Below the pieces are notes generated by a model. That model was given only the letters and a program-made list of their open reading frames with translations. It was not told the DNA's origin and searched no databases. The position numbers were made by a program, and so were the translations under genes. A stretch of 64,000 bases of DNA. Origin: an uncultured Gammaproteobacteria bacterium. GTDB taxonomy: Bacteria > Patescibacteriota > Patescibacteriia > XYB2-FULL-38-15. Positions 31,998 to 41,325 of this stretch are shown here, piece after piece; the first letter of the stretch is position 1; every line of letters starts with the position of its first letter. The stretch is from assembly GCA_965231095.1 (NCBI GenBank), contig OZ246416.1, forward strand, positions 741,595-805,594, in the 5' to 3' direction.

Positions 31998-32783
31998 TTA
32001 TTTTATCTTGGTCCAAGTGCCGCATCTTGAGGATTTGAAACCTTTATCGGTGGCGGCTATCGTTACAACTGCTGATGAGTCCGTATTTTCATTTGCGATT
32101 ATATCACCAAGGGCACCACTGAATCCCCGTAATCTTGAATAATAACAACCCTCGCTGCCGCTGCTTCTATAGGTGCCTGGCGAGATATCAGTTCCTATAA
32201 TAAAAATCCCATCTCCAAAGGTGGTTTGATCTGTGGTAATTGCCGAGAGGTCTTGCGTCCATATTCCGCAACGAGATGATTTAAAGCCCTTATCAGTGGC
32301 GGCGATTGTTACGACGGCGGGAGCATCCGTATTTTCGTTAGCAATGATTTCACTTAACGATCCACCAAAACCGCTAAGACGAGAATAATAGCAACCAGAT
32401 GAAGCTACCCGAGTTCGATAAGTTCCTGGTTGGATGTCTGTTCCGACGATATGATTACCGTCTCCAAAATGAGGTTTTGATAGCGCCTCTTGCAAGGCTT
32501 TTTCTTCGGCTTCACGTCTAGCTTGTTCCTCGGGGCTTAATTGTGCAGTTTCAGTTTCGATTTGAGTCGTATCTGGAGATTGAGACATTGATTCTTTCTT
32601 GCTCGTATCTGCCGTTAGCCCAAACAAAACAAAAGAGGCGAGAGCGGCAATGCCAAATATTAAACCAATTTTCTTTCTCGTGACGCCGCTTTTAATAAGG
32701 CGCGAAAATAATGTTGGTTTAATTAGTCCAATTATTAGACAAACGAACGAAGTGAGAAATAAAAGTAAAAATAAATTGTCCAT
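31998..32783 (-). CDS. membrane-anchored protein with two ~80-aa repeats
   Basis: Two copies of FGDG..GTDI.PGTYR..GCYYSRL..ANENTD..AVVTIAATDKGFKSSRCG.WT. Confidence 0.75.
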   Translation of the reverse strand: MDNLFLLLFLTSFVCLIIGLIKPTLFSRLIKSGVTRKKIGLIFGIAALASFVLFGLTADTSKKESMSQSPDTTQIETETAQLSPEEQARREAEEKALQEALSKPHFGDGNHIVGTDIQPGTYRTRVASSGCYYSRLSGFGGSLSEIIANENTDAPAVVTIAATDKGFKSSRCGIWTQDLSAITTDQTTFGDGIFIIGTDISPGTYRSSGSEGCYYSRLRGFSGALGDIIANENTDSSAVVTIAATDKGFKSSRCGTWTKIK

Positions 32784-32814
32784 AATATTTCTTTAATTTT
32801 TTAAATATTATAAC

Positions 32815-33015
32815 TTAATCTATAAGACCACTTGCGCCATGTTTTCCGAGAAATAAAGGTAAGGCGGAAAATAACCCTACGCCTATCCAATACCAGACCG
32901 GCAAAGTAAATAGAGTAAAAGGTGATCCGGTAATTCCTATCCGAGTAATAAGAACAAAGCATAAAAATAGAACGAGAGAAGCAGTAATTCTTTTTCTTAA
33001 ATTGTTATTTTTCAT
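32815..33015 (-). CDS. small 2-TM protein
   Basis: Hydrophobic ORF packed within the operon. Confidence 0.5.
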   Translation of the reverse strand: MKNNNLRKRITASLVLFLCFVLITRIGITGSPFTLFTLPVWYWIGVGLFSALPLFLGKHGASGLID

Positions 33016-33027
33016 AAATTATTTTTG

Positions 33028-33987
33028 CTAAATGTTTTTTATTTCTTTTTGGCTATAATTTTCGACGCCCCATACTCTAGATGTAATATTCAACAAATAA
33101 ATTTCAATACCGAAAGTTATCATCAGGGTGATTGGAATAGCCAGTTGTAAATAATTGAATAAATACAATATTGCTAAAATGATGTAAGAAATTTGTGATA
33201 TATACACGCCCAAAATTGAGGCAAGGGCGTCGGGGCCCTCTTTACTAGCCATATAACTAAGTGGACCAGTAGCAATGCCGTAGCCAAATAAGAGAAATGG
33301 AAAGATATTTATGCTAAGTTTTTCGGCTGACGAAACTGCATAGCCAAAAATATAGAAAGTATAAAATAAAATAACAAAATGAGTAATCAACATCGAGATA
33401 AAACCGATTACTAGTGCAAATATTTTTTTATTTTTTGTATAAGCATAGGTTACCAAACCCGCTAGGGGTATTTCTATCAACAAAACGATTGAAAAAATGA
33501 AGGGAGCAATTATATCAATTAAAATACCACTAACAACCAATCCCCATTGTCTTAAAAATAACAACCATATTGCCCCTGCTATTATTCCGAAAAAGTTTAG
33601 AAAAATTATTGGATAGATTGTAACTTTAAGAATATTAGAAAAAATATTTTCGATAGTATCAGTTTTACCCTGGATATCTAGATAGGCGTAGTAGGACAAG
33701 GCTAGCTGAATAAGCCACCTTATTATTTCCGCGATCGCGTCATCGTAGCTATATAAGAAAATGTTTGGTAAAAAGAACAATAAAAAAACAACGATCGCCT
33801 TTTTCCAAGAATAATATAAAAAACCGAAGGCACCAAAAATAAAAACTAGAATAGCGCCTAGCCAGGGGTTCTTCTTCTTTTCTACCTTAAGCGTTTTTTT
33901 AATTTCATCCGAATCAATCTTCACTCCACACTCTATACAAAATTGTCCATTGTCTAAAATTTTAGTGCCGCATCGTTCGCAAAACAT
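33028..33987 (-). CDS. zinc-ribbon multi-TM protein
   Basis: MFCERCG...FCIECG followed by TM segments. Confidence 0.75.
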   Translation of the reverse strand: MFCERCGTKILDNGQFCIECGVKIDSDEIKKTLKVEKKKNPWLGAILVFIFGAFGFLYYSWKKAIVVFLLFFLPNIFLYSYDDAIAEIIRWLIQLALSYYAYLDIQGKTDTIENIFSNILKVTIYPIIFLNFFGIIAGAIWLLFLRQWGLVVSGILIDIIAPFIFSIVLLIEIPLAGLVTYAYTKNKKIFALVIGFISMLITHFVILFYTFYIFGYAVSSAEKLSINIFPFLLFGYGIATGPLSYMASKEGPDALASILGVYISQISYIILAILYLFNYLQLAIPITLMITFGIEIYLLNITSRVWGVENYSQKEIKNI

Positions 33988-33996
33988 TATTATAAA

Positions 33997-34518
33997 TTAG
34001 TTGATAAATAGTTGGTTAAAATTTTTACCTGCTCTAAATATATTGTCGATATCATTATTAAACAAATCAAAAAGTTGACCGAAAACTTCTTTAGAATATT
34101 GGCCGGTATAGATCCCTTCAAATCTTAATGTAACTAGTCCTTCATTTGTTATATCATAAAATGCTCTAGCGCAGTTGAAAGATTTATTTGCGTTATTAAT
34201 AAAATCGCCCATTTTATCATTCCATTTTTTATTTGTAGTTAGACTGATTTTTAATAGCATTACATTCGGGATTAAACTAAAGATGGCCATATTATTCCGT
34301 TGGTCGTGATTCGCAAAAAGGACATCTTTCTCGCCGCCTATTTTTGCTTTTTCAATTACGGTTTTATATCCAAGAAAACTAAGATGGTTACTGATATCGT
34401 CAAGGACCGAAGAGCCACGTTTAATTTCTTCTTTATTTGGGATATTTACCTTGCTTCCACACTTCGGACAAAATTTTGAATTTTCGGGCGTCTCGAAATT
34501 GCAATTTTGACAGTTCAT
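33997..34518 (-). CDS. zinc-ribbon protein with possible YbjN-like domain
   Basis: MNCQNC...FCPKCG; start at 34518. Confidence 0.65.
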   Translation of the reverse strand: MNCQNCNFETPENSKFCPKCGSKVNIPNKEEIKRGSSVLDDISNHLSFLGYKTVIEKAKIGGEKDVLFANHDQRNNMAIFSLIPNVMLLKISLTTNKKWNDKMGDFINNANKSFNCARAFYDITNEGLVTLRFEGIYTGQYSKEVFGQLFDLFNNDIDNIFRAGKNFNQLFIN

Positions 34519-34544
34519 AAGTTTTAAGTTAAATAATTTAATAA

Positions 34545-34937
34545 TTAGAAAAATTTTTTCAATTCTTTTTGCCAATCGGGCTTTCGGCCTAACATAACAT
34601 AAAGAAAAGAAATTTTAATCAGTCTAATAATTGCTAAATAAATCACTAGCGTTAGTAGTGAATACCAAAATGCTTTTTCGCTTGTATCAACGGTAGAGCG
34701 AGTTAAATAATCATAGGACGACCTATTTTCCTCCCAAGCAATCAAAATAACTAGTGGCAGAGGAAAATATAAAAGGATATAAAAAATTTTAGCTAGCCGA
34801 TACCACCATCGCTCATCGGGGCGAGACACGGACTTTATTTTTTGTGTAGGTTCAGTATCCGGCGAAGTAGGGCGCCCGCACTTTATACAAAATTTATCAG
34901 TTTCGTTTAGGGGAGCGCCGCAATATGTGCAAAACAT
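34545..34937 (-). CDS. zinc-ribbon 2-TM protein
   Basis: MFCTYCG...FCIKCG plus two TMs. Confidence 0.75.
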   Translation of the reverse strand: MFCTYCGAPLNETDKFCIKCGRPTSPDTEPTQKIKSVSRPDERWWYRLAKIFYILLYFPLPLVILIAWEENRSSYDYLTRSTVDTSEKAFWYSLLTLVIYLAIIRLIKISFLYVMLGRKPDWQKELKKFF

Positions 34938-34939
34938 AT

Positions 34940-36070
34940 TTAGGGGTTGAATTTAAAGGAATTAATAAAATTAGACAATTTTATATCGGTCGATAGAGTG
35001 TCATTATCTGTGAAATAATCCAGAGAGATATTATACAGACGGTTGCCATTAAATAATAAAATTCCTTTTAAAATTTCGCTGTCAATCCGTATTTCATATT
35101 TTAATGCCCCCTTACCTAGTAGTTGTTCAAAATTACTAGAGATTAGTTTAGTATCTTCTACATTATTTAGCATTCCATTTAGCGCCCCCTCAAGGCCGGC
35201 AGATACATTGAAATCTTCTAAAGTGTCGTCTATCCTTGGATCAGAATATTCATAAATAAAAACGTAGTAAGTCATTTCGTTCTTAGAAGAGGAATAAGTA
35301 ATCGTTTTTGTTTGACCAATATCTTCATCAAATGTCACTTCTTCTTTTTGTTGAGGTTGGTCCGGAAAGGTTATGGAAAATTTTTGATCAATTGAGGTAA
35401 ATTCGTAATTAGCCGGAGTAGATTGGTTTGAGTTGGTTGTATTGGTTGAGCCATTCGATTGAAAATAGAAATACAACCAAACGCTTAATATCGTTACTGC
35501 GCCAATACACGCCACAATGAAAATTATAAATTTCTTCCAAAAAAGTTTATTGCTTTCTTGCCGCGCCATTTTTTGTTCTTTGCTAAAAGACAACGACGCT
35601 GGCGGCAGCTTTTCTCCAGCGATAATCTTTAGTGGTTCTACAATTTCTGGATAAAACCAGATCCAACTGAGGGGAGCGAGTAGAATGGTAAAAATAGCAT
35701 TGGCACGAGAAATTTTTTCGGCTCGGAGAACTATTACACAGTAGACAACAAAATATACTAGCAATGCCAAATACGCCCAAAAAATTAAAGCGTAAACGTC
35801 AACATCAATATCTGCCGCAGCTCTCGTTAAAATCATGCCGATAAACACAGAGACAAACAGTATTCTTAATCGAAGTAAATATTTTTTTGCCTCGTCAACG
35901 CTTTTTATATTTGTATGTGCCATGTATTGTTCCGCCGTCATGCCGGGAGTTGAGATTTTGGTTTGATCGGCTGAGGACGCTGTCTCGGTCGTCTCTAGTG
36001 CTTTGCCACAATTATGGCAAAATTTACTGTCAGTCGAAGTTTGTTTTTGGCCGCAATTTTTACAAAACAT
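34940..36070 (-). CDS. zinc-ribbon TM protein with extracytoplasmic C-terminal domain
   Basis: MFCKNCG...FCHNCG, TMs, FSITFP...FINSFKF (PsbP-like pattern). Confidence 0.7.
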   Translation of the reverse strand: MFCKNCGQKQTSTDSKFCHNCGKALETTETASSADQTKISTPGMTAEQYMAHTNIKSVDEAKKYLLRLRILFVSVFIGMILTRAAADIDVDVYALIFWAYLALLVYFVVYCVIVLRAEKISRANAIFTILLAPLSWIWFYPEIVEPLKIIAGEKLPPASLSFSKEQKMARQESNKLFWKKFIIFIVACIGAVTILSVWLYFYFQSNGSTNTTNSNQSTPANYEFTSIDQKFSITFPDQPQQKEEVTFDEDIGQTKTITYSSSKNEMTYYVFIYEYSDPRIDDTLEDFNVSAGLEGALNGMLNNVEDTKLISSNFEQLLGKGALKYEIRIDSEILKGILLFNGNRLYNISLDYFTDNDTLSTDIKLSNFINSFKFNP

Positions 36071-36182
36071 AATTTTAGATTAAAAAATAAAACACCCCCT
36101 GCGGTGTTTTTTGTTATCTTTCTTCTATTATATTAATACTCATATTTTTAAATTATACCACTAATTATAATTTATAAACACA

Positions 36183-36316
36183 AAGCTCCCCGTCAGCTAG
36201 CAACCTTTCGGCCGCCCATACCCCTTTCGGGATATGACCCATCCCTGAGTCACTGAACGAGGAGCTCAATGTCAGGGATGGGTTTTGGAACCATGCCTCG
36301 CGGAGGGAGCGAGGTT
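36183..36316 (-). promoter_or_regulatory. structured leader RNA candidate with pseudoknot
   Basis: Stem ACCCATCCCTGA/TCAGGGATGGGT, two GAAA tetraloop hairpins, loop complementary to the 3' segment. Confidence 0.5.
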
Positions 36317-36381
36317 TAGGCTTTTTTGTTGTATTTATATTTTAGCAAGAAAAGCTGAGTAATGGAAATGATGATTTAATC

Positions 36382-36627
36382 TTATAACTCTTTTTTGATT
36401 TCTCCCCATGTTATCCCGCTGTATTGTTCAATCTCCTTTAAGATGTAGCATAAAACGTCTTTTCGTAATTTGGACGGAATAGTGATCGATTTTTGTGTTC
36501 TGGGCCAGAGCGCCTTGTAATGACTTCCATCTCCGCCCTTAGTATTAATAACAAAACCAAGACGTTTTAAGGCCTTGGTAAATTTTTTTCTTTTTATTTC
36601 CCCGGGTAATTCGCTAAGAGAAGGCAT
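36382..36627 (-). CDS. HicA-like mRNA interferase toxin
   Basis: KALKRLGF...GGDGSHYK...ITIP; start MPSLSELP at 36627. Confidence 0.75.
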   Translation of the reverse strand: MPSLSELPGEIKRKKFTKALKRLGFVINTKGGDGSHYKALWPRTQKSITIPSKLRKDVLCYILKEIEQYSGITWGEIKKEL

Positions 36628-36940
36628 ATTCTTCTTTTTTCTCTTCGGTCCTACGAATATCTGCCTCTTTTGCGTAGGACGACGGGACTTCAAAAGAGGT
36701 AAGAATGGCATCTTTTACTTTTTTATCTAATTCTTCTGGATTTTTCCCGAAGGTTATTATAGACCCATATCTAAAATTTGTGCTAGTAGCGACAATTACG
36801 TTACCTTCTTTTTTGTTTTTAAAATTTATAGGGCCGTATACTCTAAAATAATGATTTAATTCGGAGAGGCCCCGGGGGACAATTGTTTCACCTAGTATAA
36901 ATTTAAAGAAAGCGTCTTTTGTTTTCTTTAGTATTGGCAT
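36614..36940 (-). CDS. HicB-like antitoxin candidate
   Basis: Overlaps the HicA-like start; IITFGKNPEEL...VKDAILT resembles the HicB partial RNase H fold. Confidence 0.55.
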   Translation of the reverse strand: MPILKKTKDAFFKFILGETIVPRGLSELNHYFRVYGPINFKNKKEGNVIVATSTNFRYGSIITFGKNPEELDKKVKDAILTSFEVPSSYAKEADIRRTEEKKEEYAFS

Positions 36941-37088
36941 AATGGGCAATTTTAGCACGTTATCTTTATAAGTCAAGTATAACATAGTTTGTTGTTTAGC
37001 ACCAATATTAAAGCATTGATTTTTTATAAGAAATTGGTAAAGTTTAGATACGGTGGTTTGATAATGAAAATGAAAATATAACATTATT

Positions 37089-37844
37089 ATGAACAAAAAA
37101 GAATCAGAGGTGTGGATAGCCAAATATCATAAAAAAATTGAAGAATATTATTTATCGCAGGGCTACAAGAAAGTTTGGAATTATTTTTTGGCAATTACTA
37201 AAACGGATTATTTTTTACAAACGATAGGGGAATTGAGAAAAAAATATAATATACCGCCGGAAGGGTTCAAGCCTAAAGATAAGCACTATCTTTTTCCACC
37301 GTCCGGAGTCAGTTTTGAAGACTCCAAAAAGATGAGAGATGAGATAAGGGATAAAATATGCAAAAAATATAAGCTGCACGGTTTTGATTACGGCGAGGTG
37401 ATACAAGAATATGTATATTATGGTTTTTTCCATCCGATATCCCAGATTAATGCTTGCGGTTTATTTTATACTTATGATTTTATTTTGGATAAGAAAGAAC
37501 CCTTTGACGAGATGGTCCAAGAAAGCGATGATTTGGCTTACCCCATTGCGATAAGAATGAGTCCTTATGCCACTCAAAGGGATTTAATCAATTACATAAA
37601 AATAGTTTGGGATAATGAAATAGATTTTTTACGGAAAAAATACGCAGATCCCAATATCAAAATCGGGAAAATAAAATCTAGAAAAATAAGTATTCAAGAA
37701 AGAAATGATTTTATATACAAACATAGAGATAAGCCATTAAAAGAAATTATGAGGGTTCTAAATAGGGAGAGGGGGATATTATTAGACTGGGGCCATATTG
37801 CTAAAATAATATCCCTTGAAAGAAAAAGAAGAAAAGAAGTGTAG
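37089..37844 (+). CDS. hypothetical element protein, possible C-terminal HTH
   Basis: 251-aa ORF; C-terminal helix-rich basic segment. Confidence 0.6.
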   Translation: MNKKESEVWIAKYHKKIEEYYLSQGYKKVWNYFLAITKTDYFLQTIGELRKKYNIPPEGFKPKDKHYLFPPSGVSFEDSKKMRDEIRDKICKKYKLHGFDYGEVIQEYVYYGFFHPISQINACGLFYTYDFILDKKEPFDEMVQESDDLAYPIAIRMSPYATQRDLINYIKIVWDNEIDFLRKKYADPNIKIGKIKSRKISIQERNDFIYKHRDKPLKEIMRVLNRERGILLDWGHIAKIISLERKRRKEV

Positions 37845-37924
37845 TACAGAAAATTCTTATTTAAAAAATATAAAAAAGAGTAGCCTAAAATAAAAGGCTG
37901 CTTTTTTATTAATCTAAAATTTTT

Positions 37925-38176
37925 ATGAACAAAAAATTACAAGAAAAAGATTTTTTTAAAACTTCCGATTTGGCTTTGTGCGCGGCACTTTGCTACTGCG
38001 GCTACAAAGTGGAAGCCGTAGACCGACAAAATCCGACAAAAGTGATTTTTCTCATTAAAAGGGACGAGGAGTTGGACGATCTTATTCGTCTTTACTTTAC
38101 CCATGAACTCAAGGTAGAACCATTGAGTTTTTTTAATTGTCTTAAGGAAATAAAAACCAGGATTTATAACATCTAA
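37925..38176 (+). CDS. DUF5659-like protein
   Basis: FKTSDLALCAAL...KVEP...LKEIKTRIY pattern recalled from CPR mobile elements. Confidence 0.6.
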   Translation: MNKKLQEKDFFKTSDLALCAALCYCGYKVEAVDRQNPTKVIFLIKRDEELDDLIRLYFTHELKVEPLSFFNCLKEIKTRIYNI

Positions 38177-38181
38177 CTAAA

Positions 38182-38355
38182 ATGTTGACGGACGTGCAGA
38201 CAACCGAATTTCAGCGGCTATATAAAAAATGTTTTGGCCGAGAGATCAGCCGCCAAGAAGCCTACGAGAAAGGGATTAAACTTGTTCGTATTATTGAATT
38301 AATGTTCAAAAGTTCAAAATCTAGTCCCGGATTAATTAATCAAAATAAATATTAA
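38182..38355 (+). CDS. 57-aa hypothetical protein
   Basis: Hand-translated MLTDVQTTEFQRLYKKCFGREISRQEAYEKGIKLVRIIELMF...; fills the gap between two genes. Confidence 0.6.
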   Translation: MLTDVQTTEFQRLYKKCFGREISRQEAYEKGIKLVRIIELMFKSSKSSPGLINQNKY

Positions 38356-38359
38356 AATT

Positions 38360-38614
38360 ATGAAGTCATTAGGGCGAAGATTTAAAAACATCGTAAGCAA
38401 AAATCCTCTTTGGAGCTCCCTCGTTTGTTTTACGGAGGCAGTGAATGGGCAGGGATTTGGTCGACAGACGATCCATCGTTGGTTTCAAAATTTGGTGGAA
38501 AAAGATGATTACAATTTGGGAGACAAAAGAAATATTCTGGCCCATCTTGAGGATTTGTCAAAAGTGGCTGAGGACGACAAAAAACGAGGTCAATTTTGCC
38601 CGCCACGAAGTTAA
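38360..38614 (+). CDS. hypothetical protein
   Basis: Co-oriented, tightly packed ORF. Confidence 0.55.
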   Translation: MKSLGRRFKNIVSKNPLWSSLVCFTEAVNGQGFGRQTIHRWFQNLVEKDDYNLGDKRNILAHLEDLSKVAEDDKKRGQFCPPRS

Positions 38615-38638
38615 TTTTACAAGTATGAGTAAATTACT

Positions 38639-38968
38639 ATGACCATAAATATTGATGATTTAAAATTCAAATTCAAATTTAAAGACGACCCGGAAATGCC
38701 CGCTACGATGGTTTTAATAATCGGGCAATTTGAAGTTAGGGGCTTTAGGGTTTTTAAAACGAAGTTTGTGGAGAATACTGGTCGGTATTATATAAAACCG
38801 CCCGCAAATAGGACGGGCAGCGGCAAATGGGTAGATATATTCTGGGTTAACGTGCCAAAAGACTGGAAGTTGCTGGAAAAACTCGCCCTTGAGCAGTTCG
38901 AGAAAGAGCAAGAGGAAAAACTCTTGGGAGAATTCGGATGCACAGAGAAGGGAGAATCACCAGTATAG
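38639..38968 (+). CDS. SpoVG-like nucleic-acid-binding protein (tentative)
   Basis: EVRGFRV...IKPP...GKWVDIF pattern. Confidence 0.45.
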   Translation: MTINIDDLKFKFKFKDDPEMPATMVLIIGQFEVRGFRVFKTKFVENTGRYYIKPPANRTGSGKWVDIFWVNVPKDWKLLEKLALEQFEKEQEEKLLGEFGCTEKGESPV

Positions 38969-39393
38969 TAATATAATACTATATTACTAAAATAGGACTA
39001 TATAGTTTTATTCCTTTAAGGTGATAATACTTTAGTATATTACTTTTATAGTGTAAGAGAATTAATATAGATTAAAAAATCAAAAAAATCAGAAATAATG
39101 ATTATAGGAAAACATTGGACGATCCGCCTATCAAAAATAGTGGAAAATTATGGGAATAGACGCTGATAAACAGTATAAAAAACAGTTAGAATTTAGGTTT
39201 TTAGGTTTTTAACCTAAATTTGAAAAGTCGTTGTTTTTCAATTTTTCAAGTTTTTAGTTAATCCAAACTAATTTCCGATTATTTCGGTTGAATAACGGCT
39301 TAATGGGTTAAACTGCGATGCCACAGAAATTGGTGGATACTGGTGACATGAAGCCTATTTGGAGTAGTTTTTAAAAAGTGGTATAATATAAGC

Positions 39394-39515
39394 GTTGACC
39401 CAGTTTCAAACTAAATCCGCGAGATTTTTTGTAGATTTCTGCCCTTTAAGGGGCGGTCTGCCAGAAGCCTATCCTCGCGGAGAAGCAACTGGGTCAACCA
39501 GACCGTCCCTTTTGG
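39394..39515 (+). promoter_or_regulatory. structured 5' leader of the recombinase gene
   Basis: After TGGTATAAT (39379-39387): GTTGACCCAGTT/AACTGGGTCAAC stem, plus alternative pairing of 39449-39460 with 39499-39510. Confidence 0.5.
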
Positions 39516-39533
39516 TTTTTAAATTAAAATTAT

Positions 39534-41150
39534 ATGCAACAAATCAACGCCAAAATTAAATTTTTTCTCTATGCTCGGAAATCGTCGGAGAGTGAGGACC
39601 GGCAGGTGCAGTCTATTGAGGATCAGGTTAATAAACTGAAAGAGTTGGCAAAAGATTTTGATTTAGAAGTCGTAAAAATTTTTACTGAGGCGAAGTCTGC
39701 TAAACAGCCAAATAACAGACCGGTATTTGAAGAGATGCTCGGTAAGATTGAACAAGGTGAGGCCGATGGGATTTTATGTTGGCAAATAAATCGTTTATCT
39801 AGAAATCCGGTGGATAGCGGGAGAATAAACTGGATGCTCCAGCAGGGAGTCATAAAAGTTATTAGAACCGTTGATCGCCAGTATCTCCCAGAGGATAATG
39901 TTTTGATGTTTAGTGTGGAAAGCGGAATGGCAAACCAGTTTATTTTAGATTTAAGAAAAAATACAAAAAGGGGATTGAACGGCAAGGCAGAGAGAGGATG
40001 GTTTCCCTCAAAGGCGCCGCAAGGATATTTAAACGACGCATTAAACAAAACAATCATTAAAGATCCGGAAAGATTTGCCTTGATTAGAAAAATGTGGGAT
40101 TTACTTTTGACTGGGAATTTTTTAATCCCTCAGATTTTAAAAATTGTCAATGATGAGTGGGGCTACCGCACGGAAAAAACTAAAAGAGAGGGAGATCGGC
40201 CGCTTTCCATGAGCGGGCTTTACAGATTATTTCATGATCTGTTTTACACCGGCTATTTTAAATATGACGGCAAGTTATACAAAGGCAACCACGAGGCAAT
40301 GATTACGATGGGGGAGTTTGAGCGAGCACAGGAAATTTTACATAAAAAAGAAAAACCGCGACATGCAACGCATGAGTTTGCTTTCACTGGTATTATTAGG
40401 TGCGGATATTGTGGATGTTTGGTAACCGCCGAAGAAAAGAAAAAATTTATTAAAAGTAAAAATGAATATGCAAAATATGTTTATTATCACTGCTCAAAAA
40501 AGAAACGGGAAATAGATTGTCGGGAGCCAGCGATTCGATTAAAAGATTTAGAAGAGCAGATCGTCCAAGAGATTAGCAAATACACAATATCAGAAGATTT
40601 TAAAAATTGGACGTTGGGAGTTTTAAAAGAAAAAAATAGTAAAGAGGTTGAAAGCCGGAGCCAGGCCTACGAAATGACAAATAAAACTTATATTGATTTA
40701 CAAAAGCAGTTAGATAATTTAACGGAGTTACGGATCAAGGAAATGATTAGCGACGGGGAATTTACGGCTAAAAGGTTAGAACTGCAAGAGAAAATAACAA
40801 AGATAAGGGAGGTGTTGAACCAAACGCAGGATCGCGGACAAAATTGGGTTGAGTTGGTTGAGCGGGCGTTTAATTTTGCCGCCCATGCTAGAGAGGCGTT
40901 TATAAAAGGCGATTTGCAAACCAAAAGAGAAATTTTATCGGCCCTGGGCCAAACTTATATTTTGAAGAGTGGGAGTTTGCGGATAGAGCCAGTGGAGTGG
41001 CTCGTGCCCATTTCTAACTTCCTGGAAACAGGGAAAAAACAGGCAAAAGGGTTAGAACCGGCGAATTTTGTTTCAAACAAAACAAAAACACCTCGCCCTG
41101 ATGACGAGATGTTTTTATGGGGTGGCTACTGGGAGTTGAACCCAGGCTAG
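39534..41150 (+). CDS. large serine recombinase (resolvase, recombinase, zinc ribbon, coiled coil)
   Basis: YARKSS catalytic motif, NRLSRN, APQGY, GNHEAMIT, CGYCG...YYHC. Confidence 0.92.
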   Translation: MQQINAKIKFFLYARKSSESEDRQVQSIEDQVNKLKELAKDFDLEVVKIFTEAKSAKQPNNRPVFEEMLGKIEQGEADGILCWQINRLSRNPVDSGRINWMLQQGVIKVIRTVDRQYLPEDNVLMFSVESGMANQFILDLRKNTKRGLNGKAERGWFPSKAPQGYLNDALNKTIIKDPERFALIRKMWDLLLTGNFLIPQILKIVNDEWGYRTEKTKREGDRPLSMSGLYRLFHDLFYTGYFKYDGKLYKGNHEAMITMGEFERAQEILHKKEKPRHATHEFAFTGIIRCGYCGCLVTAEEKKKFIKSKNEYAKYVYYHCSKKKREIDCREPAIRLKDLEEQIVQEISKYTISEDFKNWTLGVLKEKNSKEVESRSQAYEMTNKTYIDLQKQLDNLTELRIKEMISDGEFTAKRLELQEKITKIREVLNQTQDRGQNWVELVERAFNFAAHAREAFIKGDLQTKREILSALGQTYILKSGSLRIEPVEWLVPISNFLETGKKQAKGLEPANFVSNKTKTPRPDDEMFLWGGYWELNPG

Positions 41151-41192
41151 CGGGACCACAACCCGCTGTTCTACCGTTAAACTATAGCCACC
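41118..41192 (-). tRNA. tRNA-His(GTG)
   Basis: G-1 plus GTGGCTA/TAGCCAC-C-CCA acceptor; anticodon loop TTGTGGT. Confidence 0.92.
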
Positions 41193-41195
41193 ATA

Positions 41196-41267
41196 TGCGC
41201 CCGCGAGGAATCGAACCTCGATATCCAGCTTAGAAGGCTAGTGTTCTATCCATTAAACTACGGGCGC
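41196..41267 (-). tRNA. tRNA-Arg(TCT)
   Basis: GCGCCCG/CGGGCGC acceptor, loop CTTCTAA, GGTTCGATTCC. Confidence 0.92.
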
Positions 41268-41325
41268 GTAATGTTAAAAAAGTATTTTTTATTTTAGCAA
41301 AAAATTTTTTCGTTGTCAAGGATTT

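Larger units (their letters stand above)
31908..41123. mobile_element. integrative element at the tRNA-His 3' end, with a large serine recombinase
   Basis: Recombinase abuts the tRNA; shared TGGGGT core at 31908 and 41118; AT-rich cargo; TA pair. The left boundary could instead be 31380. Confidence 0.75.

Noticed and set aside
38960-39060. Possible replication origin or iterons in the element
   Set aside because: Only loose AT-rich TATAGT/TATTACT motifs, with no regular spacing and no recognisable Rep gene.
31908-41150. Element as a complete prophage
   Set aside because: No terminase, capsid, portal or tail genes are recognisable.
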